Virus record (IMG/VR): IMGVR_UViG_3300010379_000002
Strand: one strand, 5' to 3'
From: an uncultured virus (IMG/VR IMGVR_UViG_3300010379_000002)
Lineage: Duplodnaviria > Heunggongvirae > Uroviricota > Caudoviricetes
DNA length: 64,000 bases
In this document: positions 1-10,629 of the stretch, piece by piece
How positions within the stretch are numbered: the first letter of the stretch is position 1
Layout of the letters: every line of letters begins with the position of its first letter
Notes under the pieces: model-generated
Told to the model about the DNA's origin: nothing
The model's input: the letters and a program-made list of their open reading frames with translations, nothing else
Database searches by the model: none
Translations under genes and position numbers: made by a program

Positions 1-212
1 AATCTCACGTACCAGTGTGGCAATAGTTAACACTGATATAGATCAATCGTTCCTGAAAATAGAAAATATATATGTGATTGCAAGTGTTTATCACTAGTCC
101 GTGACCTCCCATTTTTCTAGGATGGCCCTCCTTTTAACCCGCCCAGCCGAGCAAAGGCAACTTCGGCCCTTTCTACCGCGTCGCGCATGGCCATGTTTGA
201 TAGGCATAACCC

Positions 213-557
213 TCACCCCTTATGATCGTGCCACGTGCCGCCGCCGTCGTGTGAATGGTGACCTTGGGCGAGCGCCTGCCGGTCAACCGACCGACCAGCC
301 AATTGTTCAGCCTTCATGATGGCGAGCTTCGCTTGTTGTGAGCCGGTCGCCATGATGCGGCGGTACGCGCACGCGTCGGTCACGCCGTCTCGGTCCGTGC
401 CGTCGAAGCCGACGAAAGTGATCGCACCTTGCGGTCCGATCTTGGGCTTGATCCGACCAGCGGCGAGACCTTGTGAGAGCTTCTCGACCGCCTTGCGGAC
501 TTCCGCAGCCCGCTCCTGGATCGTCTGACGCGGTTTCAGTCTGGTATCGCAGGGCAT
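213..557 (-). CDS. Hypothetical protein, last gene of the AAA ATPase operon (His-rich C-terminus)
   Basis: ORF starting MPCDTR, with a GGGAGG Shine-Dalgarno just after the stop of the upstream gene; C-terminal HHSHDGGGTWHDH. Confidence 0.7.
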   Translation of the reverse strand: MPCDTRLKPRQTIQERAAEVRKAVEKLSQGLAAGRIKPKIGPQGAITFVGFDGTDRDGVTDACAYRRIMATGSQQAKLAIMKAEQLAGRSVDRQALAQGHHSHDGGGTWHDHKG

Positions 558-568
558 GATAGCCTCCC

Positions 569-1318
569 TCAAGCCGCAGCGGTTTCAAGGTCGAGTTCAC
601 GACCGACCAGGATCGGCTCCGCAACTTCGCGAGCGGGGTCCAGGTCGAGGAACGCGGTGCGTGCTTCGTTCAGCGTGGCGATAGCCCGCTGGTCGATTGT
701 GATGGCGGCTGTCTCGCCAGCCTTGACGATCTTCCGCGCCTGCTCGCGAACCGCCTTGACGGCGAGTTCGATGCGGACCTGTGCCTCGGGAGACAGCATG
801 TTGCCGATTTGCTTTAGCTCGTTGGCGCTCTTGCGAATCTTCTCGACATCAAGCGCCTCAAGGCCTTCCTTCATGTCGGCGATCAGGTCGCGAACCTCGC
901 CGCTAATCGCCTGCACGGCTTTCACGTCATCGGACGCGACGCGACCGGTGAGAACAAAGCAATGCACGCGGGTCAGCTTGGCTTCGCGATTGAAGTCCTC
1001 GCAGAGCTTGCGGGCTTCGTCGGCGGCGCGGTCAAGATCGGGCGCGCCGGTCTCCGGACACAACAGCCCGAATGCGGTCTTGGTGCAGACGGACGTAACG
1101 AGCGCCCGCGCCTTCGAACGAACCTGAGAGGCACGCTCGAATTCCGCCGCATCGGTGATAGTGCGTTCGGTTTCCCATTTGGCCTTGAGACCACCTTCGG
1201 TCTCGTGCTCGGCCTCCAGGGTGTTCTTCACATAGAACACGTTGCCCTTCACGCTGGTATTCAGAGCGACCAGCAAGCCGGGACGCAGCGTGTTGGAGGC
1301 TGGAATGTTCGTTGTCAT
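569..1318 (-). CDS. Hypothetical helical protein coupled to the AAA ATPase
   Basis: 249-aa ORF with normal composition, co-oriented between the AAA gene and 213-557. Confidence 0.75.
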   Translation of the reverse strand: MTTNIPASNTLRPGLLVALNTSVKGNVFYVKNTLEAEHETEGGLKAKWETERTITDAAEFERASQVRSKARALVTSVCTKTAFGLLCPETGAPDLDRAADEARKLCEDFNREAKLTRVHCFVLTGRVASDDVKAVQAISGEVRDLIADMKEGLEALDVEKIRKSANELKQIGNMLSPEAQVRIELAVKAVREQARKIVKAGETAAITIDQRAIATLNEARTAFLDLDPAREVAEPILVGRELDLETAAA

Positions 1319-1398
1319 TTTCGTCGTCCTTGTGCTGTAGTGTTGGGGTTATAGCAGACCGGCGACGCCCTGTGTGGAAAACCGCCGGTCTTGGTTAC

Positions 1399-2997
1399 TC
1401 AAATGCCAAGGCTCCGAACTGGCGCCTGGACCTTGGTTTGGATAGCCTTGGTCGCCGGGCGCGCGCGACCCTTTGCCCAAGTCCGCAGAGCTTGAATCTT
1501 CTCGGAGGCAGTCGTGGTCAATGGGACAACGGTGCCAGCCGCTTCGATCAAGTCGGCGGTAGTGATTTCGCGAGCGCCGTCATTGAACGCCGTAAACAGG
1601 GCGTCCGGGACGATGGCAGCAATTTCGGCGCCCGTGTATTCCGGACACTTCTCGGCGACGGCTGCGAAGTCGATCTTGGCTTTGGGGCGTCCGTACTTGA
1701 CGAGAGCCGCCTTGAGCACCGCCTTGCGTTCCTCGGCGTTCGGAACGTCAACGAACCAGATTTCGTCGAAGCGGCCCTTCCGCAACAGTTCGGGCGGAAG
1801 GCTCGTAATGTCGTTCGCGGTCGCGAAGATAAATGCTTGACCGCGACGCTCTTGCATCCACGTCAGGATCGCGCCGAGGGCGTCGGCGGACACGCCGCCG
1901 TCAGCCGAGCCGCTCGTGGCGCCTTGCAGGCTCTTTTCTATTTCGTCGAGCCACACAACGCATCTACCTACGGCCTCAATAACCCTGAGCGCCTTACGCA
2001 AGTTGCCTTCGGACTCGCCGACAAACTTGCCTTTGAGCGCGCCCAGGTCGAGCTTCAAGAGCGGAATGCGATAGGCGGTCGAGGTAGCCTGAGCAAGCAG
2101 TGTCTTGCCGCAGCCGGAAACGCCTACGGTCAGGACGCCTTGCGGAGCGGGCAGACCATATTCGCGCGCCTCTTTGCTGTAGGCGCTCTTGCGCAGCATG
2201 AGCCACGCCTTGATGTTTTCGAGTCCGCCAACGGCGTCCAGACCGTTCGGGAGCGGGTCGTACCATTCGAGTACCTTTTCCCTTGCGATCACGCGCTTTT
2301 TCTCGGAGGCGACAAGCACCGGGTCGATCTTGCGCGTCTGTACAAGCGAACGCGCGAAACAGCCTTGTGCTTCCTCGCCGCTCAGACCGATGGCGGCTTC
2401 GATAGCAGCTTCACGCACGCCATTCGGCGCAGCGACCGAGCGCAACGGGTTGCCTTCCTTGTCGGTCTCGGGCAACGTGCTGATAGCGGTGTCGAGAATG
2501 GCGGCGATTTCCGTGCGATCCGGCAGCGGCCATTCAATAACGGTGGCTTGACCGGTCAAGTCCGGCGGCACGTCAGAGTTCGGGGTAAGAACAATGATCG
2601 GCTGCGCGCGCTCACGCGGGGGGAACAGCCGGGCGAGGTTGCGGAGTTGACGGAGCGGCTTGGCGCCCATCGGACCAGCGAGCCACACCGGCAAGTCGCG
2701 AAGAATCCACACGCCGCGCTCGGAGCCTTCTTTCGTGGCGCGGTCGCCGATGGCATTCAGCGTCGCTTCAAGGTCCTCTGAACCGACCGACTCTTTCTTG
2801 CCGGCGATATTCGTGACGCCTTGCGCAACGTCCCAAAAGTGTGCGGGGTATCCAGCCGCAGCGGCGGCTTCGGCGATGAAGCCCTCAACACGGGCTTCCT
2901 CCTTGGTCACAATCCAGATGAAAGGATTGCGCGCCCTCAACAGTGCGGACAAGTCAGCCGCTTGCTGTTGACCTTTGCTCAGTGTTGTCGTCGTCAT
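1399..2997 (-). CDS. AAA+ ATPase, Ycf46/SpoVK-like
   Basis: Walker A GVSGCGKT, Walker B VVWLDEIEK, SRH ATAN...LPPELLRKGRFDE, degenerate N-terminal AAA domain. Start moved to MTTTTLSK (2997) because of the GAGGAC RBS; the upstream ORF extension looks non-coding. Confidence 0.9.
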   Translation of the reverse strand: MTTTTLSKGQQQAADLSALLRARNPFIWIVTKEEARVEGFIAEAAAAAGYPAHFWDVAQGVTNIAGKKESVGSEDLEATLNAIGDRATKEGSERGVWILRDLPVWLAGPMGAKPLRQLRNLARLFPPRERAQPIIVLTPNSDVPPDLTGQATVIEWPLPDRTEIAAILDTAISTLPETDKEGNPLRSVAAPNGVREAAIEAAIGLSGEEAQGCFARSLVQTRKIDPVLVASEKKRVIAREKVLEWYDPLPNGLDAVGGLENIKAWLMLRKSAYSKEAREYGLPAPQGVLTVGVSGCGKTLLAQATSTAYRIPLLKLDLGALKGKFVGESEGNLRKALRVIEAVGRCVVWLDEIEKSLQGATSGSADGGVSADALGAILTWMQERRGQAFIFATANDITSLPPELLRKGRFDEIWFVDVPNAEERKAVLKAALVKYGRPKAKIDFAAVAEKCPEYTGAEIAAIVPDALFTAFNDGAREITTADLIEAAGTVVPLTTTASEKIQALRTWAKGRARPATKAIQTKVQAPVRSLGI

Positions 2998-3019
2998 ATC
3001 GTCCTCATGCTGGTTAGAG

Positions 3020-4566
3020 AGAGAAAATCTCGTGGGTGGAAAATATCTTCTCCCGTAGACGCTGGCAATAGCTACGTGGGGAGATTTGCCGGTCCTGGTT
3101 AACATCCGGTAAAAGCGAAATTTTCCACTCGGCGACCGGTTTCCGGGTCTGACTGTGGAAAACCTCGGCGCTGGCGGGGGGATAGCTGAGCAAGCGTGCG
3201 CCTGGGACCGGGAGCCGGTATAGGAGAGCCAAGCGGACAAAACGCATCCAGAGGCTTCCTTACGAGACTGCGGGGCGTATCCGGGATATGCCCCAAATTG
3301 GGACGACTCGTACCCGATCCGGGGGATGTTCCCGCTCGGGTCCTTTTGACTCCCGGAGGGGCTTTTCAAGCGGAATTGTTCCTGATAGGGTACACGAATG
3401 CTGTTGCGCGACAAACCCCCGGCGGCTCAAGCGGCCGAACGACATCGAAACCGCCGTAATAAGGCGGAACGTAAAGGCTTCGTCCCGCCGCCGCCAGAAA
3501 GCGAATGCCCGCCTCGGCCTGCTGACAATCGCTGTCAAATCCCTTCCTGTCGGCGGCAGGTCTCCTACCCCCTGACAATGGATCACGATCACGAAACCGG
3601 CCAGTTTCGCGGATGGATATGCCAGCCGTGTAATGGCATGTTGGGGTGGTGGGGTGACAACGTTGCAGGCTTAGAGGCAGTTTTAGCCTACCTAAAAGCC
3701 ACCGTTCGCTGACTTTACCAAATGTCAACCATAGCTGACAAATCGCCTGTCAGACCCCCTAGCAGAGACCCTCTTTTCGTGCCATCTTCGGGGTGTCGAA
3801 ACGGACTTGAAGGACGCCACCGGACGAGGCGGAAATCTCCGGGGTCTGAATGCGGCAAGGGTTCCTGGCCCGAACCGATACCTAAAAGCTCCCAGGAAGC
3901 GCCGCGAGGGCGGCGATCTAATCGGGCCGGTCTTTGGTCCGTCACCCGAACCCTCAAGAATCTGGAAGGCGGCGGCAATGCACCTTCCGAGCCTCTCAGG
4001 GGGCTTTAAGCGGCGAGACCAGCGGTCGCTCCGTAGACATCAGGGCAAGGCTTCCCGTGTGAAGCCGCACCGGCTTAACTGCCGGGCTTGGTTAGGAGCT
4101 AGAGGGATCGTAGACCCGCACCTGAGACTTACGGCGAGGCTCTAGCCTCGAACCCCGTGTCGGGCACATGCCGGTTCTTACCGGAGCCGCCTGCCCCGAC
4201 AGACCCGAGAGGGCGTCGCGATTTGCATCCCGGCCGGATGCCTTGGTGGCGCGAGCACGGGGTTCGAGAGTAGAACTAGGGAAGTGGTTTCGCCATACTC
4301 GGAGTGCGGATGGGAAGTTCCTGCTCTCCGATCTAAACACGGCTCCCGGCGGAGTGCGATTAGCGCAATAAGTCGCGCCGCCTGGACCGTGCCTCGGAGC
4401 GGGCCGATCAGGGACCATGCTTTGTCCCGGCGCCGCTCTCAGGCACGGTCCGAACTCCCCTTCAGCGACTCCAGCGTTAGGAGGAATCGGGCACATCGCA
4501 GGGGACGGCTGCGCAGCGGGGAGACAACCCCGCCCGCCCCAAGAGCCGGGATCGCAACCCGGTCCA
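3020..4566 (+). ncRNA. Candidate large structured RNA (one RNA with an embedded ORF, or two RNAs of ~370 and ~840 nt)
   Basis: No credible ORF except 3398-3712. Many nested stems (3034-44/3120-30, 3272-81/3285-94, 3750-58/3841-49, 4147-59/4256-68, 4384-94/4441-51), G-U wobbles that work only on the + strand, and GNRA loops. Confidence 0.55.
3398..3712 (+). CDS. Endonuclease VII-family (His-Me finger) nuclease
   Basis: C-x4-C...DHDHETGQFRGWICQPCN...LG...D motif of the Endonuclease_7 family. Confidence 0.85.
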   Translation: MLLRDKPPAAQAAERHRNRRNKAERKGFVPPPPESECPPRPADNRCQIPSCRRQVSYPLTMDHDHETGQFRGWICQPCNGMLGWWGDNVAGLEAVLAYLKATVR

Positions 4567-5218
4567 CTACATCATCGCTCGCCGAGTGTTCTGTCCGGCG
4601 ATCAGCCGATCAAACACATCCAGATTGCCGCACGTCGGTCGGACTGCGTGCGCGGCGGCGAGCCGCGTTTCGAGCGCCTCATAGGCTTCGGGATCGACGA
4701 AGTGACAACCACCGTGCGAGCACGGCCAGCCATAACTAGGACTTGTCTCCCCGCACAGGCAAACTTCCTGCGCCATTGTACATAACCTCCTCGGCAATTG
4801 CGTCGAAGCGTTTTCCGGCGGTGGCGGCTCTAGCCTCGGCGCGATTCTTCGCGAGACGCGCCTCAAAGTCTTTCCGCAGCGGTGTCGGGTCTTTGTTGAT
4901 TCGTTGCCGAAAAGCGACGAGTCGCTGCGCCTCAAGCTCGGCTTTTGCCTGCTCAAATGATCTATCCGGTTTGTTATACCAGCGGTCGGCCATCGGGCGC
5001 ATACCTTTGCGCGGCTTCCCATCGCCGCTTGAAGCCTTCGCGCTGGTCGGCACGGGCGAAGGGACTGTCGTCAAGGGCGTACCAAAGCCGCGAGTAATAG
5101 CACTGACCGCCAGCTTCAATAAAGACTTCGGAGAACGGTTCACGTTTGACACCCTCCCAATGAACTTCGCGCCGGACGATCCGGATGTCCGTTATCTCCG
5201 GCGGCAAGGTAGTCACCC

Positions 5219-5821
5219 TCACGGATACCACCCTTGTTCGATGTCACACGCACAGTGCAGGATACTCTCGTGCGCGAGTTGCACGAAGCCATACTCATGC
5301 GCGGGCACATAAAAGTTGAGGTTGCCAAGTCGGCGCAGCGGATTGTCCGGCTCGAAGCCGGAGAGCGTGATAACTAAGCAATCGAAAGCGCGCGCAGCGT
5401 GCACAGCGTCAAGAATGTTCGGCGACTTGCCGCTGCACGACATAGCGACAACGATGTCGTTGGAAGTGCCGTGCATCAGTTCAAGTTGCTTAGTGAAGTT
5501 GGCTTCGGGACCAAAATCGTTCGTATGCGATGTGAGCGCCACAGCGTCGGTGAGCGCAATAGACGGCCAACCGGCGAGCGAGAAGTCGGTGGCGATGTGC
5601 ATGGCGGTGGCGAGCGACCCGCCGTTGCCGAATAAGATGAAGCGCCCCGGTCGAACGCTATCTTTAATGCGTAACTTCGCCGCCCCTCGGATCGACAGTA
5701 TGCCACTGTCCAGGCTCAATGCGCTCGACTCCATTGTCTCGGCGTTGAGCGGGACCGTCACCAAGGTCGAAGCGGTCACCTGTTGCAACCGGGCGATCCA
5801 TGATTGCGTGAAGTCGATCAT
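5219..5821 (-). CDS. gmhA: SIS-domain phosphoheptose isomerase (GmhA-like)
   Basis: GNGGS...H.ATD, ND(F)G, SCSGKSPN motifs, C-terminal Q..H..ILH. Confidence 0.8.
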   Translation of the reverse strand: MIDFTQSWIARLQQVTASTLVTVPLNAETMESSALSLDSGILSIRGAAKLRIKDSVRPGRFILFGNGGSLATAMHIATDFSLAGWPSIALTDAVALTSHTNDFGPEANFTKQLELMHGTSNDIVVAMSCSGKSPNILDAVHAARAFDCLVITLSGFEPDNPLRRLGNLNFYVPAHEYGFVQLAHESILHCACDIEQGWYP

Positions 5822-6291
5822 CGGTGGGTGCCTCGGGCACGTTTGCGATCATCGCCTTTGCCCCTATTGCCAGAAGAAGCATCAGGATCATGTACAGTTG
5901 CAACGCTGTCAACGGCGACATTGCTCGACTCTTTCGATGGGATCGGCTCGATCTTGATTTCCTCGACGAGCTTGATAGCGCGCCGACGCTGAATGCGCAA
6001 GGGTAGAATATAAACATTGCTCTTGGGGTACGAGACGATGCGGGTCTCTTTCACCATGCGCCGCCGGAACATGGCAGTTGACCGCTCATTGCGCCACACA
6101 CGTTCGATGATCTTGCCACTCTCAAGGCTGTATGCCGTCGTGTGGACGAGACCGCAGTCGCAGCACACGGAAAAGCGGACGCCGCCGAGCGGCACGACAC
6201 GCGGCTCGCCCGGCTCGGGGCGATAGTAGTTCGACGCGCGCCCGAGCTTCGGTTCGGTCTTGTGTTTCTTGCCGTAGTTAAGTTTGCTCAC
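5818..6291 (-). CDS. Hypothetical protein (CCDCGLVH motif)
   Basis: 157-aa ORF with 4-nt overlaps to both neighbours. Confidence 0.6.
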   Translation of the reverse strand: MSKLNYGKKHKTEPKLGRASNYYRPEPGEPRVVPLGGVRFSVCCDCGLVHTTAYSLESGKIIERVWRNERSTAMFRRRMVKETRIVSYPKSNVYILPLRIQRRRAIKLVEEIKIEPIPSKESSNVAVDSVATVHDPDASSGNRGKGDDRKRARGTHR

Positions 6292-6572
6292 CCTAGCATC
6301 CCAAGCGCCGCCAAATAGGTTTCGAGAATCGCCTCGGCTTCCTTGCGCTCGTTAATGTCCAGCTTGCGCAGCCGAACGACGGTGCGCAACGCCTTCACAT
6401 CGAAGCCATTGCCTTTGGCTTCCGCGTATACGTCACGGATGTCGTCGGCGAGAGCCTTCTTCTCCTCCTCAAGTCGCTCGACGCGCTCGACGAACGCCTT
6501 GAGTTGATCCTTGACGACTCGACGCGCGGTCGGTTCGTCCATGGTCGCGGTTCCGGTTGTGGCGGTTGCCAT
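6288..6572 (-). CDS. gapR: GapR/DUF2312 nucleoid-associated protein
   Basis: [48 protein letters not shown]...[13 protein letters not shown] is the DUF2312 signature. Confidence 0.92.
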   Translation of the reverse strand: MATATTGTATMDEPTARRVVKDQLKAFVERVERLEEEKKALADDIRDVYAEAKGNGFDVKALRTVVRLRKLDINERKEAEAILETYLAALGMLG

Positions 6573-6597
6573 CGGGGACTTCCTTTCGTCGAGGTTG

Positions 6598-6768
6598 CTA
6601 TGCTACACGCTTCAAGATTTCGGCTAGAGCCTCTTTATATCCTCCGATCACGACTTGCATGTACGGGAAGTCGGGACCGAGATAACTTTGTTTTCGAGTC
6701 CTATTGTCTTGCCAATACCAGTATTTGTGACCCTTGACAATCTTCGACACGAAAGACCCATACTCCAT
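6598..6768 (-). CDS. Small 56-aa protein not in the ORF track ([33 protein letters not shown]...)
   Basis: Translated by hand. The KG..YWY.Q......Y.GPD pattern resembles small beta-rich DNA-binding modules (DUF6788-like). Confidence 0.55.
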   Translation of the reverse strand: MEYGSFVSKIVKGHKYWYWQDNRTRKQSYLGPDFPYMQVVIGGYKEALAEILKRVA

Positions 6769-7007
6769 CTGAGCTTCGTTGCAATGTCAATGGCTTCTTT
6801 CGGGTCACCGCCGACGCCCCTTGACTGTTGCGCGGCGTTCTTTGTTCGCTGCATACATGCGGTTCAGTTCCGTGCACCAACGCTCGGCTTGCGCGCTGCT
6901 CTTGGTGGTCATGGAGACCGGATACTCTTGCCCGTCCGGACCGGCGGTCACCACCCAATAGTCAACGCCGCGCGCACCGCTACCGGACTTCACGACATAC
7001 GGGTTGC

Positions 7008-7589
7008 TCATGCAGTCATCCTCGCTTCCATGACGCGGCGGAGCCGCACATCCATGGCGTCGGTGCCTTGGTACGGAGTCATGTCCAGGTTGAACGGGAC
7101 GCGGCGAATGCGCTCGTCCTCGGCTCGTTTGATTTGGGTGAGCATGAAACGGTTGTAAGAGACGAGACCGCTCGGACCGTATTGGAGCCTCACGCCGTAT
7201 TCCTCGGCGCATGTGGCGACGCCGTGCGCGGGGAAGTATGGTTCGTCGTTGGCTCTCAGCATACACAAGAGACTCAGCAATAGTTCAAGCTCTCGGCCTT
7301 GAAGTTCGTTCAGGGCGTCGAGAATAGCCTTCTCGACTTTCTCATGGAGGAACAGGAAGCGATCACAATCTATCAGCTTGCCGAGCCACTGCCACTTTTG
7401 TAGATCGCGATCAATGAAGATCATCATGCCGTCTTTGCTGTAGCCGGCAAGATAGGGAATGTCCCAATCCCGAGTATTGAGTACCGGGTTGCGCCGCATG
7501 TAGCGGTCCACTTGAGGAAGCTGAATGATCTTGTTGGCTTCATTCAACGTGAACTTGACTGGAACGTTCTTGTCGCCGGTTGACATCAC
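7008..7589 (-). CDS. Hypothetical protein, possible metal-binding enzyme (HExxE...H...E)
   Basis: 193-aa ORF with FLHEKVEK and AHGVATCAEE. Confidence 0.6.
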   Translation of the reverse strand: MMSTGDKNVPVKFTLNEANKIIQLPQVDRYMRRNPVLNTRDWDIPYLAGYSKDGMMIFIDRDLQKWQWLGKLIDCDRFLFLHEKVEKAILDALNELQGRELELLLSLLCMLRANDEPYFPAHGVATCAEEYGVRLQYGPSGLVSYNRFMLTQIKRAEDERIRRVPFNLDMTPYQGTDAMDVRLRRVMEARMTA

Positions 7590-8011
7590 TGCACCAACGA
7601 AAATCCGAGCGCGGTGGCGAACTCGGCGTTGCCTGTGGGCAGGCGGTCGCCGGGGAAGCTGACGATGATGTCACCGAGCAAATGCTGTTTGCTCGCACCT
7701 TCGTAAACCCATTGCCAGCCGGGTTGATCCTTGTAGTGGACTGCGCGCCGGAGATTGCCGTCGCTGAGACGGGCGAGAATCCGAACTTCTTTGAGCATGT
7801 TATTTTCCCTTCCAGGAGCTTACGGTTTCGAGTAGGACTGCCAAAGCAACCGCCGCCAGTCCAGTCAAAAATATGAGCGCGGCGCCCGCAAAGAGCACAG
7901 CCCACCCGAACCACAACGGCAATAAGACAAGCCACCACGACCAAGTGATGACCCCGGCGAGCTTGAGTCCAATAAAAAGCAGACCAAGCAACGAAAGAAA
8001 AGTTGAGATAC

Positions 8012-8530
8012 TCATGCGATCCCCCGTAGTCGGTCGAGTTCAGTCGGCGGGATTTCAACTGTCTCGCCGTTCGGTAGTGCGCGGAAATACTTGCCGGTTG
8101 CCGGGTTGTGGAAAATCTCCATGTCCGCGCCAGGAACCGTCCCGATCTTCGGCGGTGAGTTGTCTTGCGCCACGTCGAGACCGCCGTCAACCTTTTCTTG
8201 GTTGCGCTTAGCGAAGTGCTCCGGCGGCCTCGCCAGCACGCGCGCAAGCTCCATTTCGAGCAAGCCGTCCGGTTCCGTGTTACTGAGCACGGCGCACAGA
8301 ATGTTCGTTGTCAAGAGGACGCCGCCGATTTCTTGCATCGGCTCGCCGGATGGTCGCTTGTAAACGGTATCGGTGCAAAGGTCCACCTTGTCCTGCGGGA
8401 CGCCGACCGCTTGGCAAAGCTCGACAGCCTCCTCCAAAATGCGGAGCGCCCTGGTCGGGATATTGGCGACGTGATCGAGACCGAAAGCCCTAACAGCCCA
8501 TTCGCAGGCGAGACGGGACAAGATACTCAT
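8012..8530 (-). CDS. MazG-like NTP pyrophosphohydrolase fold protein
   Basis: LRILEEAVEL...QEIGGV pattern (EExxE...ExxG). Confidence 0.55.
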   Translation of the reverse strand: MSILSRLACEWAVRAFGLDHVANIPTRALRILEEAVELCQAVGVPQDKVDLCTDTVYKRPSGEPMQEIGGVLLTTNILCAVLSNTEPDGLLEMELARVLARPPEHFAKRNQEKVDGGLDVAQDNSPPKIGTVPGADMEIFHNPATGKYFRALPNGETVEIPPTELDRLRGIA

Positions 8531-8770
8531 GAGGACTCCGCTTCGGCGAAACCTCGCCGGGGTGGCATTGGATCATCTTCCACTTGCCCGACCACACAGC
8601 ACACAGAACGGCATGGAGGGGGTTTGTCACGCGTTGACCGTCCATACCAAACATCCGACCGACTGGCAAGAGGCTCCCTTCATGCAAAACAGTGAACTTC
8701 GCATTGGCGGGATCGGAGTCGTGCCGGTCCTGGTCGGTCAGAATGGTGTGCGGCGGAACGATGATCGGCT

Positions 8771-9124
8771 TCACCGGACCCTCCTCGGGGGTTTTTCGGG
8801 ATGCTCTATCGCGTTCCAGACGCCGGTCGGCTGACCGTAGACGTGGCGAATGGAGTGAACCTCGTAGTTAATAATGGCATCCGCCGGAAGGGCATTCGCG
8901 AGGCAGACTTGCCAACGCCGCCAATGCGTCAGAGCTTTGCCGTGGCGGTTTTTCCAGTCTACCCGGAATTGTACTGTGAGAATGTGTCGGCCGCCGAACT
9001 CCAATGCGTCTTGAAGGTTCCGGGCGAAGTATGTCCCCTTGCGGAACCCGTTACGCAGGATCGAGCGCGCCTTGCGCGCGCTGGTCGTCCCATGCCACCA
9101 AATTATTTGCGGAGGACTGCTCAT
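8771..9124 (-). CDS. Putative ADP-ribosyltransferase-fold protein
   Basis: WHGT...ILRNGF...GTYFA...A..FG matches the H-Y strands of ART/PARP-like domains. Start placed at MSSPPQ, overlapping the upstream stop. Confidence 0.5.
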   Translation of the reverse strand: MSSPPQIIWWHGTTSARKARSILRNGFRKGTYFARNLQDALEFGGRHILTVQFRVDWKNRHGKALTHWRRWQVCLANALPADAIINYEVHSIRHVYGQPTGVWNAIEHPEKPPRRVR

Positions 9125-10629
9125 TTTCGGCGCATCGCAAGGTAAGTACCGGCGAACGCCCCGGCGGCGGCTGGTATGAGCATGATTGGGTCGTGGACAT
9201 AGCTCAAGATCACCCCGCCTTGGAGTATCAGGCACCCCGCCGCGTAGCCGGATGCCCACCATGGGCGCTGAGTTGCGACTGCCATAGTGTAGCGCGTGAA
9301 TACGAAGTCTAACGCGACCATACCGAAGAACGCTATGAACGCTTCCCTCATGCGCGCCGCACTTCGGCGCGACGGCGGCTCGGCGTTTCGCCCGGCAGTT
9401 TCGGACCAAAACCCCCGCCGGGGAAGTGCTGTAGCTCTAGCGGCTCGGTGAGCGCGTCGAGCGCGGTGTCATTGATCTTGCGCATCGCCTCGCGTAATTC
9501 GCAGATTTCGTGGATTGCTCCCTCGACCAACTCTTTTTGGTGTGTCGCGCCAGCCCGAGCTAGATCGTCGGCGACTCTCTGTAGCGGCAAGAGATTTACG
9601 CGCCTTATCATTTGACCATCGGCCTTCCGTGTTGGATGGTGAGTTCCTCGGGCTTTCGACCTAGTTGGCGCGCGGCTCTGTCGATGACGCGGGCTTTGTG
9701 ACCCATCGCCTGTCGCTCGCGCCCGAGCGCCGTAAGCTCGCCCTTCGCGTCGAGTATACCATGACCTTGCAGGATTTCAATGGCGAGCGCGTGCGCCTTG
9801 TCGGGCGCATGACCTTTGGCTCGGAGTTGGTGTTCCAAGCTATCGGAAATGCCAGCCGACCATTTGCCGGTGGAATCACGCGGCTGAGTAGGGCTGTACA
9901 TGCCACCCTTCAAAGCAGAGCGCAAGCAAGCCCTGCCACACGGCGATGAAGCCGACGAACAGAAGAATCATCATTTTCATTCCCCTTGTTGAAACTTGTG
10001 GCGGAAGTTGTCAAGTGCGAGTATCTTCGGCTTCGGACCCGCCATCGTTTGAGGCGAAGGACGTTCGGACGGAAAGGCATTGGGGTTTTCGGTTTCTCGG
10101 CGGATCATTTCGTCGAGCCAAATCTGGACGGTCTCCCATCGCTCAAGATCGCCGCAGGTCACGTCGCCGTCTGGCGTGCTGATGGGTCGGCTATCCTCGA
10201 TAGACCAAGCAAGATCGGTGGTGACCGGAAACGCGCGGACGAAGATGCCTTCTTGCGCAATGATACCCCATGCAACAATTGGAGCGGTCTCGAACCGACC
10301 ACCCTTGAAATAGTACAACACATCCCATCCGGGGAGTGCCATAACGAATGCAACCTCGTCGGTCATTCTGTGTCACTCATTCGGGACGGGGGGCTTCACT
10401 TCCTCTTTACCGGTAGGCGTGGTGGGTGTCAACCCGGCGCTCGGGCGCGGACGTGGGCGTGGTCCGGATGTTTGGGCAACCGGGAAATTCTGACGAAACG
10501 GACTAGGTTCGGTTTTTGGATTCTGCGTCCATGCGAGAAAACGGTGCATCGTCTCTAACATCTGCTCGCGGCGACGCGCGCACCCCTCACAATCTTTCAG
10601 GTCTTTAAGCAGCCCCATCGTGTCCTCCA

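Noticed and set aside
1312..2781. 489-aa plus-strand ORF
   Set aside because: Antisense shadow of the AAA ATPase.
2998..3414. 139-aa N-terminal extension of the AAA ORF
   Set aside because: Atypical composition, a good RBS at 2997, and the region is better explained as structured RNA.
3020..4566. Assignment of the structured region to group I/II intron, tmRNA or RNase P
   Set aside because: Only partial resemblances (e.g. TTCAGCGACT at ~4461). I found no matching P7 partner, domain V, tRNA-like ends or interrupted host gene.
9608..9925. QPRDSTGKW motif as a sign of a head-morphogenesis gene
   Set aside because: The motif is short and the rest of the ORF shows no structural-protein features.
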